Part shown: positions 1-7,334 of the stretch, piece after piece
How the letters are laid out: each line of letters begins with the position of its first letter
Position numbering within the stretch: position 1 is the stretch's first letter
Assembly (NCBI GenBank): GCA_021399345.1
Contig: JAAFKI010000080.1
Span: forward strand, 1 to 13,825
Origin: Candidatus Heimdallarchaeota archaeon
GTDB lineage: Archaea > Asgardarchaeota > Heimdallarchaeia > Heimdallarchaeales > Heimdallarchaeaceae
Direction: 5' to 3'
DNA length: 13,825 nt
Translations under genes and position numbers: made by a program
Notes under the pieces: generated by a model
Seen by the model: the letters and a program-made list of their open reading frames with translations, nothing else
What the model was told of the DNA's origin: nothing
Databases searched by the model: none

Positions 1-633
1 ATCAAGGATCACGGGAGAGGAATCAGAAGTATTATCCAGTATTATTTGAAAAAGCAAACACAATTAAGATTACAATATGTGCAGCAGCAAAAAAAGCAAT
101 TGAAAAAGAGAAATAAACTCAGCTATGGTCCAGCTTACTATGAACTTCGCGAGAAATGGCGGAAGAAACTCAAAGATGCCATTCACAAACTCACAAAATA
201 CTTGGTAGACTTGTGGGTGGAAAGAAACTTACATGAAGTCATCATTGGATATAATGCGAAATGGAAGCAAAATGTTCATTTCTGGAAGAAAATTACACAG
301 ATGTTTGTTGCCATTCCCTTCATGAGAATTATCAACCAGCTGAAATACAAAGCAGCTGAACATGGAATTAAAGTTGAGCTCATCCCTGAACAATATACTT
401 CCAAAAGCAGTTTTTTGGATAATGAGTTTCCTAGGTTTAGGGAGAAGTATGTTGGACGAAGAATAGAACGAGGGTTATTTCGTTCAGCTCAAGGCCATCT
501 AATCAATGCTGATGTCAATGCTGCATATAATATCTTAGTTAAAAGCGATCCGAAAGCACTACCTAAGCGGAGTGTGAACGGGGTAGGAGGATACGTGATG
601 TATCCACGTAGAGTGAGTGTAGACCCACAATGA
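1..633 (+). CDS. tnpB: TnpB RNA-guided endonuclease (IS200/IS605/IS607 superfamily), 5'-truncated by the window edge
   Basis: Frame 1 is open from base 1 (IKDHGRGIRSIIQYYLKK, matching the TnpB G..IKSINQYYNK-type motif). Other motifs: DAIHKLTKYLVD, VIIGYN, PF..IINQLKYKAAEHGIKV, EQYTSKSSFLD, GRRIERGLFRS, and RuvC-III INADVNAAYNIL. No Cys4 zinc finger. Confidence 0.93.
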   Translation: MKDHGRGIRSIIQYYLKKQTQLRLQYVQQQKKQLKKRNKLSYGPAYYELREKWRKKLKDAIHKLTKYLVDLWVERNLHEVIIGYNAKWKQNVHFWKKITQMFVAIPFMRIINQLKYKAAEHGIKVELIPEQYTSKSSFLDNEFPRFREKYVGRRIERGLFRSAQGHLINADVNAAYNILVKSDPKALPKRSVNGVGGYVMYPRRVSVDPQ

Positions 634-723
634 CCTCTACAAAAGAAGTTCAACAACTCTTGTCTATTATGACAAGATGACAACAACTCATCATGAAACA
701 AATCGTGTAGAGGGAAGGTTAAA
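555..723 (+). ncRNA. Putative omegaRNA/reRNA scaffold of TnpB
   Basis: Several inverted repeats overlap and follow the tnpB 3' end: GGATAC 589-594/GTATCC 600-605; TGTAGA 618-623/TCTACA 636-641; CCTCTACA 634-641/TGTAGAGG 706-713; TCTTGTC 658-664/GACAAGA 671-677. CAACAACTC is directly repeated at 651 and 681. The position is typical of TnpB guide RNA scaffolds; boundaries are approximate. Confidence 0.6.
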
Positions 724-1407
724 TCACCTTTTCCAGAACCTCCACCATTTTTTGGATGTAGATCCTTCTACTTTTTTAACTGTCTTTCTTAATTCCAGAA
801 TTCCGTCCCTTAAACCCAATTTAAAGATAAGCTCACGAAAACCATCAGGTTCATTTTCTTCTTCGATCACATAAATAATTGGAGCTCTTTTTCTCTCTAC
901 TTCTAGCTGTCTTGTAATTCTACCAGCTTCATATTTCTCTTTGACTTGGCTATCTTTACCAATCCAGATATAAAGAATGTTAAAAGCATCTAAGACAAAA
1001 GCATCATCGGATTGGAAGTGTTTGTGTTCAACAGGTAGTTCTGAAACTATTATCTCTCCTTCATCATTCTCCTTAATTTGAAGTAATTTGTAATCTTTCT
1101 CATACTTTGTATCAATTGATTTCAGAAAACCTAAGGTATCTCCTTCAACAACTTCAAAGTCGAGCTGCTCTTTAAAAACTGCAGGTTCTAGACCTTGATT
1201 AATGGTTTCAATTTTCAGTTCCTTATTTTGGTCTTCAATCTTCTTTGCTCCCCAAGAACCAATAAACTTCTCATCAGCAAAAGATTTGGAACCTAACCAT
1301 ATCCAGAGATTAACCTCTGTTTCAATGACATAAACATCACCATTAAGAAACTGATAAGGTTCCTTGATAGGTATCAGTTCATTTCCAACAATATGAAATA
1401 CTTTCAT
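724..1407 (-). CDS. Two-domain gelsolin-like actin regulator (Asgard 2DGel type)
   Basis: Two gelsolin repeats: FLNGDVYVIE..LWIWLGSKS..DEK..INQGLEP..F and FQSDDAFVLD..LYIWIGKDS..EK..IEEENEP..F. The linker is GFLKSI, and the C-terminal extension contains LRKT and KKWWRFWKR. Confidence 0.92.
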   Translation of the reverse strand: MKVFHIVGNELIPIKEPYQFLNGDVYVIETEVNLWIWLGSKSFADEKFIGSWGAKKIEDQNKELKIETINQGLEPAVFKEQLDFEVVEGDTLGFLKSIDTKYEKDYKLLQIKENDEGEIIVSELPVEHKHFQSDDAFVLDAFNILYIWIGKDSQVKEKYEAGRITRQLEVERKRAPIIYVIEEENEPDGFRELIFKLGLRDGILELRKTVKKVEGSTSKKWWRFWKR

Positions 1408-1430
1408 GAATAGATTTTTCAGTTATAGCG

Positions 1431-1444
1431 TTAAAACCTTTCTC
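1431..1444 (-). promoter_or_regulatory. Archaeal BRE + TATA promoter of the gelsolin gene (probably leaderless)
   Basis: The minus strand reads GAGAAAGG-TTTTAA, ending 23 nt upstream of the ATG at 1407. Confidence 0.55.
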
Positions 1445-1475
1445 CTAGATAGTCATTACTCAAAGTGTTTGTTTT

Positions 1476-1859
1476 CTAGTAACCATGTAATAAGACATAG
1501 TAAATATTGTAAATCATCCTTTGGAGTTTGCCATCATTCTGAGTTTTTTCAAAAACAATCTTTAAATCTATCTTCTGACCAGATTTCTCCACTAATATGA
1601 ATTCATCACCATTTCTAGAATAGTTAAGATTGAATTCTTCTTCAAAGAACTCTTTAAGATAACTTATCTTACCCTCTTCCAAGACATCTTCAAATTCCCA
1701 ATATGATATGCCTAAACCAGCTTCAGGAGGATGCACACCTTGAATGATGAAATTTAGTACAATATCCTTTTTTTTACACTTTGGACATTTTAACTGATCA
1801 AAAAGGGTTTCATAATCGCTATCGAATTTGCTCTCACATTTTTTACAGATGAATTTCAT
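1476..1859 (-). CDS. Hypothetical protein with an N-terminal zinc ribbon
   Basis: MKFICKKC...KCPKC gives a CxxC-x16-CxxC ribbon, followed by an acidic alpha/beta region. A TATA box lies about 22 nt upstream. Confidence 0.8.
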   Translation of the reverse strand: MKFICKKCESKFDSDYETLFDQLKCPKCKKKDIVLNFIIQGVHPPEAGLGISYWEFEDVLEEGKISYLKEFFEEEFNLNYSRNGDEFILVEKSGQKIDLKIVFEKTQNDGKLQRMIYNIYYVLLHGY

Positions 1860-1881
1860 CTTATTCTAGTAGGAATACTGA

Positions 1882-1890
1882 TTTATAAAA
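1882..1890 (-). promoter_or_regulatory. TATA box of the Zn-ribbon gene (leaderless)
   Basis: TTTTATAAA on the minus strand, 22 nt before the ATG at 1859. Confidence 0.5.
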
Positions 1891-2237
1891 ATATTCAAAT
1901 AAAAAAATAAAAAGGAATTATTGAAGAAGTATATAGTGATCCATGTTTCAAGGTCTTCTTTTAACAAGGGAGACTATACAAAAAGGTAGGATATTAAATG
2001 ATAGCACAGTGTTTCTCAATTTAAATGGAAAAAAGTTAATATTTTTTCTTTACTTTTCCAAAATTCCAATAACAGACACTTTAACAGCTTTTCACACAAA
2101 GTTTTTAAATTGGAATAAACAGAAATCTTTCTGGTTAGCCATTCTCTGGGGGTTCAAAACTGACTGGTCTATTAAGTTCTATTGAAACAGATTATCAACC
2201 GAATAATAAACTCAGAGATATCTATCAAACTGTTTTC

Positions 2238-2852
2238 ATGCTTCAAAAAGTTCTCATAGTTCATCAAGAGACTAGTCTTCCCGTCTTTGAAAAAGACATT
2301 GAAAATACTGTTCCTTATGATGCGGCTATGATCACTGGAGTTCTACAAGCTATTTCATCAATTGGTCAAGAAATGATTGGGAGACCAACAGGTTTCAAGA
2401 AACTACAATATCATGGTTTCGAAGTAACTGGTTCATATTTCAATGGTTTTACAATCTATGTATTTTCAGAAACAGAACTCGTTGAAGAAATAGAAAAGGG
2501 AATGCAGGATCTAATTAAATGGTTCAGCAAAACCTTCAATTCTAAGAAAGATAATTGGGATGGTTCATTGGATGTTTTCAAAATTAGTAGAGCAATAATT
2601 GAAAGCAAAATATCTCAAAACCTATTTATATGGTTACTTTATCCTTTCAAGACATCAAAGGATCAAAATATGGAAGAAGAAAATCTTTCTATTCTTGGAA
2701 AACAAATCTTTGAATGTATTGAGAAGGAACAGAAATGCTCAGCTGCTCTAATTTTAGACCACTTTAAGATCTATGATGAAGAAGAAATTCTTTTTGAGAT
2801 TTTCAATCTAGTTATTAATGGATACATTGAGACTACTTCTAACGATAAATGA
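2238..2852 (+). CDS. Soluble longin-like + winged-helix protein (paralogue A); true start possibly CTG at 2160
   Basis: KVLIVHQETSLPVFE..DAAMITGVLQAI..FKKLQYHGF..IYVFSE..KWF..WDG..IWLLYPF fits a longin-like beta-beta-alpha-beta-beta-beta-alpha-alpha pattern. The C-terminal ILFEIFNLVINGYIE looks like a wHTH. It aligns with the C-termini of the 3972 and 7335 proteins. Confidence 0.85.
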   Translation: MLQKVLIVHQETSLPVFEKDIENTVPYDAAMITGVLQAISSIGQEMIGRPTGFKKLQYHGFEVTGSYFNGFTIYVFSETELVEEIEKGMQDLIKWFSKTFNSKKDNWDGSLDVFKISRAIIESKISQNLFIWLLYPFKTSKDQNMEEENLSILGKQIFECIEKEQKCSAALILDHFKIYDEEEILFEIFNLVINGYIETTSNDK

Positions 2853-2865
2853 ATGGAGTTGAATA

Positions 2866-3051
2866 TTAGTTCCCAGAGTTTCTTTTGCGTACTCCCTCAA
2901 TCATCGCAATTTTATCTTTTTTACCTTTTATCCCTCTAAATTGTATTCCACCTTTCTCAAAACCTTGTCTTTCATCAGTTTGAAACTCTGGTGGGGTTTG
3001 AGGAAACATTTTTAGTAAAAGATTAGAAACAAATTTTCCTATTTTACTCAT
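2866..3051 (-). CDS. Small basic hypothetical protein with an N-terminal amphipathic helix
   Basis: 61-aa ATG ORF filling the gap between two genes without overlap. A TATA-like TTAAATA lies about 30 nt upstream. The N-terminus is MSKIGKFVSNLLLKMF. Confidence 0.55.
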   Translation of the reverse strand: MSKIGKFVSNLLLKMFPQTPPEFQTDERQGFEKGGIQFRGIKGKKDKIAMIEGVRKRNSGN

Positions 3052-3176
3052 TTACTTTCAAATATAAGATACATTCGGAAATATTTAACATTGATGGTTT
3101 AATGGTCACTTGAACAATTTTAAAATATGTAAAGAAGTATACTATAATTTAAGAGAAATTAAGAGGTAGACTGGAT

Positions 3177-3863
3177 TTGAACTACGAAATAATGCTTCAA
3201 GATGTTTTCATGATAAGAAAATTACTTGTAGTTCAACATGAACAGTGTTTACCAGTTTTTGAAATGGACTTAAATAGCCATGTTAACCTTGACCCTTCTC
3301 TTATCTGCGATGTTTTACAGACACAAGATCCTACTCAGGTAGAAAAAATCAGTTCAACAGCTGATATAACTAAAATAAAGTATTACGGTTTCATTGTTTT
3401 AACTACAAGTTATGGGTCATACACAGCTTATCTATTCACTGAACAAGATTTGCAAAGTGATCTCGAAAAAAGTATCGTAGAATTAGTTAAATGGTTTGAT
3501 TTAGTTTTTGGTTTTGATAGTTCAGAAGGAGAGTATTCCGAAGAATTTTCTGATTATTATAAAATAAGTATAATGGACAAAATAACTCATCTGTTTCATC
3601 TATGGTTACTCTACCCACTCGAAATAGATATTCGCAAGCTAGCAGAAATCGAAAGCGAGAGCGTGATATTAAGAGATATTCTAACTCATTTTGCAGAAAA
3701 CAAGCAAACCTCTATAATGAGACTATTAGACGATTTACAGAAATATCCAGTAAATGAAACACTAGGATTATTGTTCAAACTTGTTGAGAAAGAATTTGTT
3801 ATAACCAGTATATCTGATCAGTATACTCAAACATTTTTCGAACTTGATAGAAATAAAGTATGA
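3177..3863 (+). CDS. Soluble longin-like + winged-helix protein (paralogue B, divergent)
   Basis: RKLLVVQHEQCLPVFEMDL..DPSLICDVL..ITKIKYYGF..AYLFTE..KWF..LWLLYPL..LLFKLVEKEFVI. SD-like GAGGT upstream of the TTG start. Confidence 0.85.
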   Translation: MNYEIMLQDVFMIRKLLVVQHEQCLPVFEMDLNSHVNLDPSLICDVLQTQDPTQVEKISSTADITKIKYYGFIVLTTSYGSYTAYLFTEQDLQSDLEKSIVELVKWFDLVFGFDSSEGEYSEEFSDYYKISIMDKITHLFHLWLLYPLEIDIRKLAEIESESVILRDILTHFAENKQTSIMRLLDDLQKYPVNETLGLLFKLVEKEFVITSISDQYTQTFFELDRNKV

Positions 3864-3957
3864 ACTTTAGAAATCTAAATAAAAATCGTTTAATTGCTAC
3901 TTTACATAGATATAAATAATAAATTAACTTTCAAATATTGAGTAAAGGTTATTAGAT

Positions 3958-3967
3958 GTGGGGTTTC
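3958..3967 (+). promoter_or_regulatory. Shine-Dalgarno-like motif GTGGGGTTTC
   Basis: The identical 10-mer occurs at 7320-7329 before ATG 7335. Similar GGGGT motifs lie at 2149-2153 and before the permease ATG. Confidence 0.55.
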
Positions 3968-3971
3968 TTAT

Positions 3972-6900
3972 ATGCAAAGAGCAGCGCATAAAGTCAAAAT
4001 TTATTCAGTTGTGTTTCTTATAGTGCTTAGTTTGTCAATTTATCAAGAACAACTAGTTTCTAAATCAGACTATCAAGAGAAAAACGATATAATAACTTTA
4101 GAACAATATAACCCTGTCTATGTTTCTGATTCTGAACTCCTTTACACTCCAATCACTAATGTATCTGGAGTAGGAAGTAGTTTATCAGGAAAAGATGTTC
4201 TAACTGTTAATGACTATCAATCTCTTAACCTTACTTACAATGAAATAAGTGGGCAATTTGAAGATAATTACACTATTGATCCAATCGCAGGTTATGATCC
4301 ATTTAGACTTAATTATAACATTTCAAGCATCATCGCAAAAACCGATTTGTATCCAATAGAAGCTGAAGGAGATACACAAATGGCGTTAGGTGATGCTTTT
4401 TCAAGACTTGCTATAGCTCAAAGTTTTGATGTTATTTGGGATTATGCAGTCTTTTCAGGTGCTAAATTATACCTTATCGATGATGGTCCTCTTGGTGGAA
4501 CTGAATTAGATTTATTTCTAGTAAAAGCAAATGATTTGACTGGACAACCAAATATGACTGATATTTTATCTAGCGATATTAACGGTCCGTATACTGAAAC
4601 TAATTCACTGCCAGCTAGTACTATTGATAATTTACCCTTTTATGATTTTGCAGATGTTGTTTTGGAAAGTGGCAAATATTTTGTTGTTGCAAATCTAACA
4701 GTTGTTGGAGGACCTAAAAACTTCTTTTGGTATAGTTATAGTGTAGCGCCACTTGATAGTGATACTTACTATATGGATAATTCTGGTGTTTGGAACCTCC
4801 AATTAACTGATCATACTTTTATTCCTCAACTTCTACCAAGTTATGATAATGGAACAGCTTTGGCTTTTAGTGATTTATCCCAGATATCTTTACAAGATAA
4901 TTCTGTAGATGTTCCTTCTACAACTTCATCTATTTCTTCAACTGGATTTCATTTGCTAAGTTGTGATACTTCAGTGGAGTTAGTGTTCAATAATTCTTAC
5001 TCTTTTTCAAAAGATGTGACAGTTGATACTTCTTTTACAGCAATCAATTCAACATCTGGCATTTACTCTAATATATGGACATTACAATGGTCAACTTCAG
5101 AAGCTGATTATTCACCTTATCCTAATATGGAAAGGTCCATTTTAATATTCACTCCTACTGACTGGTCTGATAGTTCTACCTGTTATTATAACGACACTGA
5201 TGTCCTTAGCTCTCTGAAAACGATTGATGGATATTTGGTTAATTTAGGATTTAACATTTCTGCAGGAACATTTAGATTAGAAACTATGAGTCTTAATTAT
5301 GTTCAACAATTGACTCTTTCAGACGATTCCGGACCTGCAAGTATCTTCTCTTTAGGATATTGGACTACTGATACTATCGATGCCTTTGGAAATGAAGGCT
5401 CAACCGTGAATTTCGAAATTAATGTTCAGAATAATGAGGATACTGGAAGTACAAATGTTACTTTGTTTGATCCAAATGGAAACATTTTACCACAAAAGAT
5501 AGCTCTTCCCTCAAACCTTACATATATTGATATTTCTTCGTATACAAAGAATGGAATACTATCTAGTGGTTCTGGATTATATGCCTCAAGTTTAACCTTC
5601 GATCCATCAGCATATGGATCTGATATTGCTGGCGAATGGACAGCTTTTGTTTATTGGACCAATGGTACTCAATCGGGTTTATTTGCTAAAAAAATATTTG
5701 TTGAAGCTGAGATAGTTTTCAATCCTTCTTGGGAAACACTTCCAAATAGTGATGTATGGACCTATATTACTTCAAATACAATCTTAAGAATGAACGGTGA
5801 TTCGTTAAGAGCTCGTTCAGATTTCTACTCTATAAGTGAACCTTTCTTTGGTAGTATGGGGCAAGCATTAGTAAATGCAACTGTTTCTTATACTACAAGT
5901 TGGGGTCTTTCTGGTAATTTTAGTGAGAATGGTGTGCTTTTCAATTCTACAGTTCCAATAAGTGTTGATGCTGGTTTTCATACTATAACTTTGGATGCCT
6001 CTAGCTCGCAGAGTAAATCTAGTAAGATACAACTAAATCTAGAAGTTTTCAACTTGTTCTCATTAGTTGTAGATCAGGCTTCTATAGAGATTAATTCTAC
6101 AGATGAAGCTGTTCTAAGATTCAAATTATTGAATATGACTGATCCTTTGCAGAGTGTTATTTATCCTGATGATTTTAGTGTCTATATCAATGATGCACTA
6201 ATAGCTGAAGGTTTTTACGAGCAGACCATAGATGGAGATTGGGTTGTATTAACAATGACTATGCAAACCTCAGGAACCCATAAAGTAACTGTAACTGTTT
6301 CTAAGGCAAATTTCAAAGCTGGATATCTTGATGATCAGAGTAGTTTTGATTACACCGTTAAAGTCAATCCAACTGAACAACTACAACTCCCTCCTTATCT
6401 CATTATCATAATCGTTGTAGGAGGTATTCTTCTAATAACTCTTCTAACAGCTGTAATAGCAATTCCAAGATCTAGAAAATCCAAAGCTCCAATTGTAGAT
6501 GTGCAGAGTAAAGCTAAAGTTGTAGGGTTGCTAGATAGTGTTCTTTCTATGCGAAAAATATTGTTTATTCATTCTGAAACCAGCTTGCCTGTTTTTGAGC
6601 TTGATATTGGAAGTGAGCATTCAATAGAAACTGCTCTTGTATCGGGTTTTCTAAGTGCTGTCGAAACCATGGGTAAAACCCTTGGAGGTAGTGATACTGG
6701 AGAAATTAAACGTCTCGAGTATAGGAATTTCGTTGTTACAGGTGCTAGTTCAGAAACTTATACAGTTTTTCTCTTCTCTTCAAATGAAGTCATAAAGGAA
6801 TTTCAAGCAAGATTGTTTGACCTGATAATGTGGTTTGAATATAGTTTCAAAATCAAAGAAAAAGTGTGGAATGGAAAGAAAGAGATGTTCAATTCTAAGA

Positions 6901-7172
6901 AGAAACTCATTGAAGACAAGGTTGCAGAATCTCTTTATCTGTGGATTTACTTCCCTCTCAGATTCAACAAGCAAAAATCAGGTGAAATTAAGAAACTTGA
7001 TAAAATGGAACAAAAAATTGCAGAATTTGGAAAGAAGAAAGGAGAAGTCACAATTAGTTCTCTATTACAGAGATATAGTGATTATGAAATTGAGGACACT
7101 CTTACAGCTGTTTTCGGTTTGGTTAATAAAGGGATTCTGATACGAAACCAATTTTCTTCCTTTAGCGGTTAG
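3972..7172 (+). CDS. Large single-pass membrane protein: signal peptide, beta-rich glycosylated ectodomain, TM helix, cytoplasmic longin-like + wHTH module (receptor-like R1)
   Basis: Hydrophobic N-terminus (IYSVVFLIVLSLSI). About 800 aa of S/T/D/N-rich ectodomain with about 19 N-x-S/T sequons. TM YLIIIIVVGGILLITLLTAVIAI (about 6396-6464) followed by RSRKSK. The C-terminal module (from about 6549) is homologous to ORFs 2238 and 3177. Confidence 0.9.
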   Translation: MQRAAHKVKIYSVVFLIVLSLSIYQEQLVSKSDYQEKNDIITLEQYNPVYVSDSELLYTPITNVSGVGSSLSGKDVLTVNDYQSLNLTYNEISGQFEDNYTIDPIAGYDPFRLNYNISSIIAKTDLYPIEAEGDTQMALGDAFSRLAIAQSFDVIWDYAVFSGAKLYLIDDGPLGGTELDLFLVKANDLTGQPNMTDILSSDINGPYTETNSLPASTIDNLPFYDFADVVLESGKYFVVANLTVVGGPKNFFWYSYSVAPLDSDTYYMDNSGVWNLQLTDHTFIPQLLPSYDNGTALAFSDLSQISLQDNSVDVPSTTSSISSTGFHLLSCDTSVELVFNNSYSFSKDVTVDTSFTAINSTSGIYSNIWTLQWSTSEADYSPYPNMERSILIFTPTDWSDSSTCYYNDTDVLSSLKTIDGYLVNLGFNISAGTFRLETMSLNYVQQLTLSDDSGPASIFSLGYWTTDTIDAFGNEGSTVNFEINVQNNEDTGSTNVTLFDPNGNILPQKIALPSNLTYIDISSYTKNGILSSGSGLYASSLTFDPSAYGSDIAGEWTAFVYWTNGTQSGLFAKKIFVEAEIVFNPSWETLPNSDVWTYITSNTILRMNGDSLRARSDFYSISEPFFGSMGQALVNATVSYTTSWGLSGNFSENGVLFNSTVPISVDAGFHTITLDASSSQSKSSKIQLNLEVFNLFSLVVDQASIEINSTDEAVLRFKLLNMTDPLQSVIYPDDFSVYINDALIAEGFYEQTIDGDWVVLTMTMQTSGTHKVTVTVSKANFKAGYLDDQSSFDYTVKVNPTEQLQLPPYLIIIIVVGGILLITLLTAVIAIPRSRKSKAPIVDVQSKAKVVGLLDSVLSMRKILFIHSETSLPVFELDIGSEHSIETALVSGFLSAVETMGKTLGGSDTGEIKRLEYRNFVVTGASSETYTVFLFSSNEVIKEFQARLFDLIMWFEYSFKIKEKVWNGKKEMFNSKKKLIEDKVAESLYLWIYFPLRFNKQKSGEIKKLDKMEQKIAEFGKKKGEVTISSLLQRYSDYEIEDTLTAVFGLVNKGILIRNQFSSFSG

Positions 7173-7270
7173 AATTCTCACCTATGCTTGTTCTTCATAA
7201 CATTTGAAAGAGATTCAAAGTCTATCTTTAGTGAAATTAAGTAGAATTCTTGTCCAAAAGTAACTAATAA

Positions 7271-7278
7271 TTTATAAA
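7271..7278 (+). promoter_or_regulatory. Possible TATA box for the second large membrane protein
   Basis: TTTATAAA in the intergenic region upstream of the SD-like motif at 7320. Confidence 0.4.
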
Positions 7279-7334
7279 TAAAAACTGTTTTGTAAAATAA
7301 ACAACAATTCTAACATGAAGTGGGGTTTCAATTT

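Larger units (their letters stand above)
1..723 (+). mobile_element. Right-hand part of an IS200/IS605- or IS607-family insertion sequence
   Basis: tnpB is followed by about 90 bp of structured non-coding DNA ending at the stop codon of the convergent gelsolin gene (724). The exact right end is uncertain (about 713-727). Confidence 0.7.

Noticed and set aside
651-689. CAACAACTC direct repeat as a mini-CRISPR
   Set aside because: Only two 9-nt copies 30 nt apart; better explained as part of the omegaRNA structure. No CRISPR array, tRNA or rRNA gene was recognised in the window.
489-874. ORFs 489..701 (-) and 677..874 (+)
   Set aside because: They overlap tnpB, the omegaRNA region or the gelsolin gene on the opposite strand, and have no recognisable motifs.
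1406-1600. ORF 1406..1600 (+)
   Set aside because: Antisense shadow over the gelsolin promoter and the Zn-ribbon gene.
1943-2185. 80-aa ORF in the divergent intergenic region
   Set aside because: Low-complexity F/L/K composition typical of AT-rich intergenic DNA. It overlaps the likely promoter, SD and CTG start of paralogue A. It cannot be fully excluded.
1924-3141. AAGAAGTATA upstream of both soluble longin genes (1924 and 3132) as a shared operator
   Set aside because: The spacing to the two starts is very different, and AGAAGTATA also occurs inside the permease CDS (about 13094), so it is probably chance in AT-rich DNA.
6780-7140. ORFs 6780..6974 (-) and 6835..7140 (+)
   Set aside because: Nested in the conserved cytoplasmic module of R1; alternative-frame artefacts.
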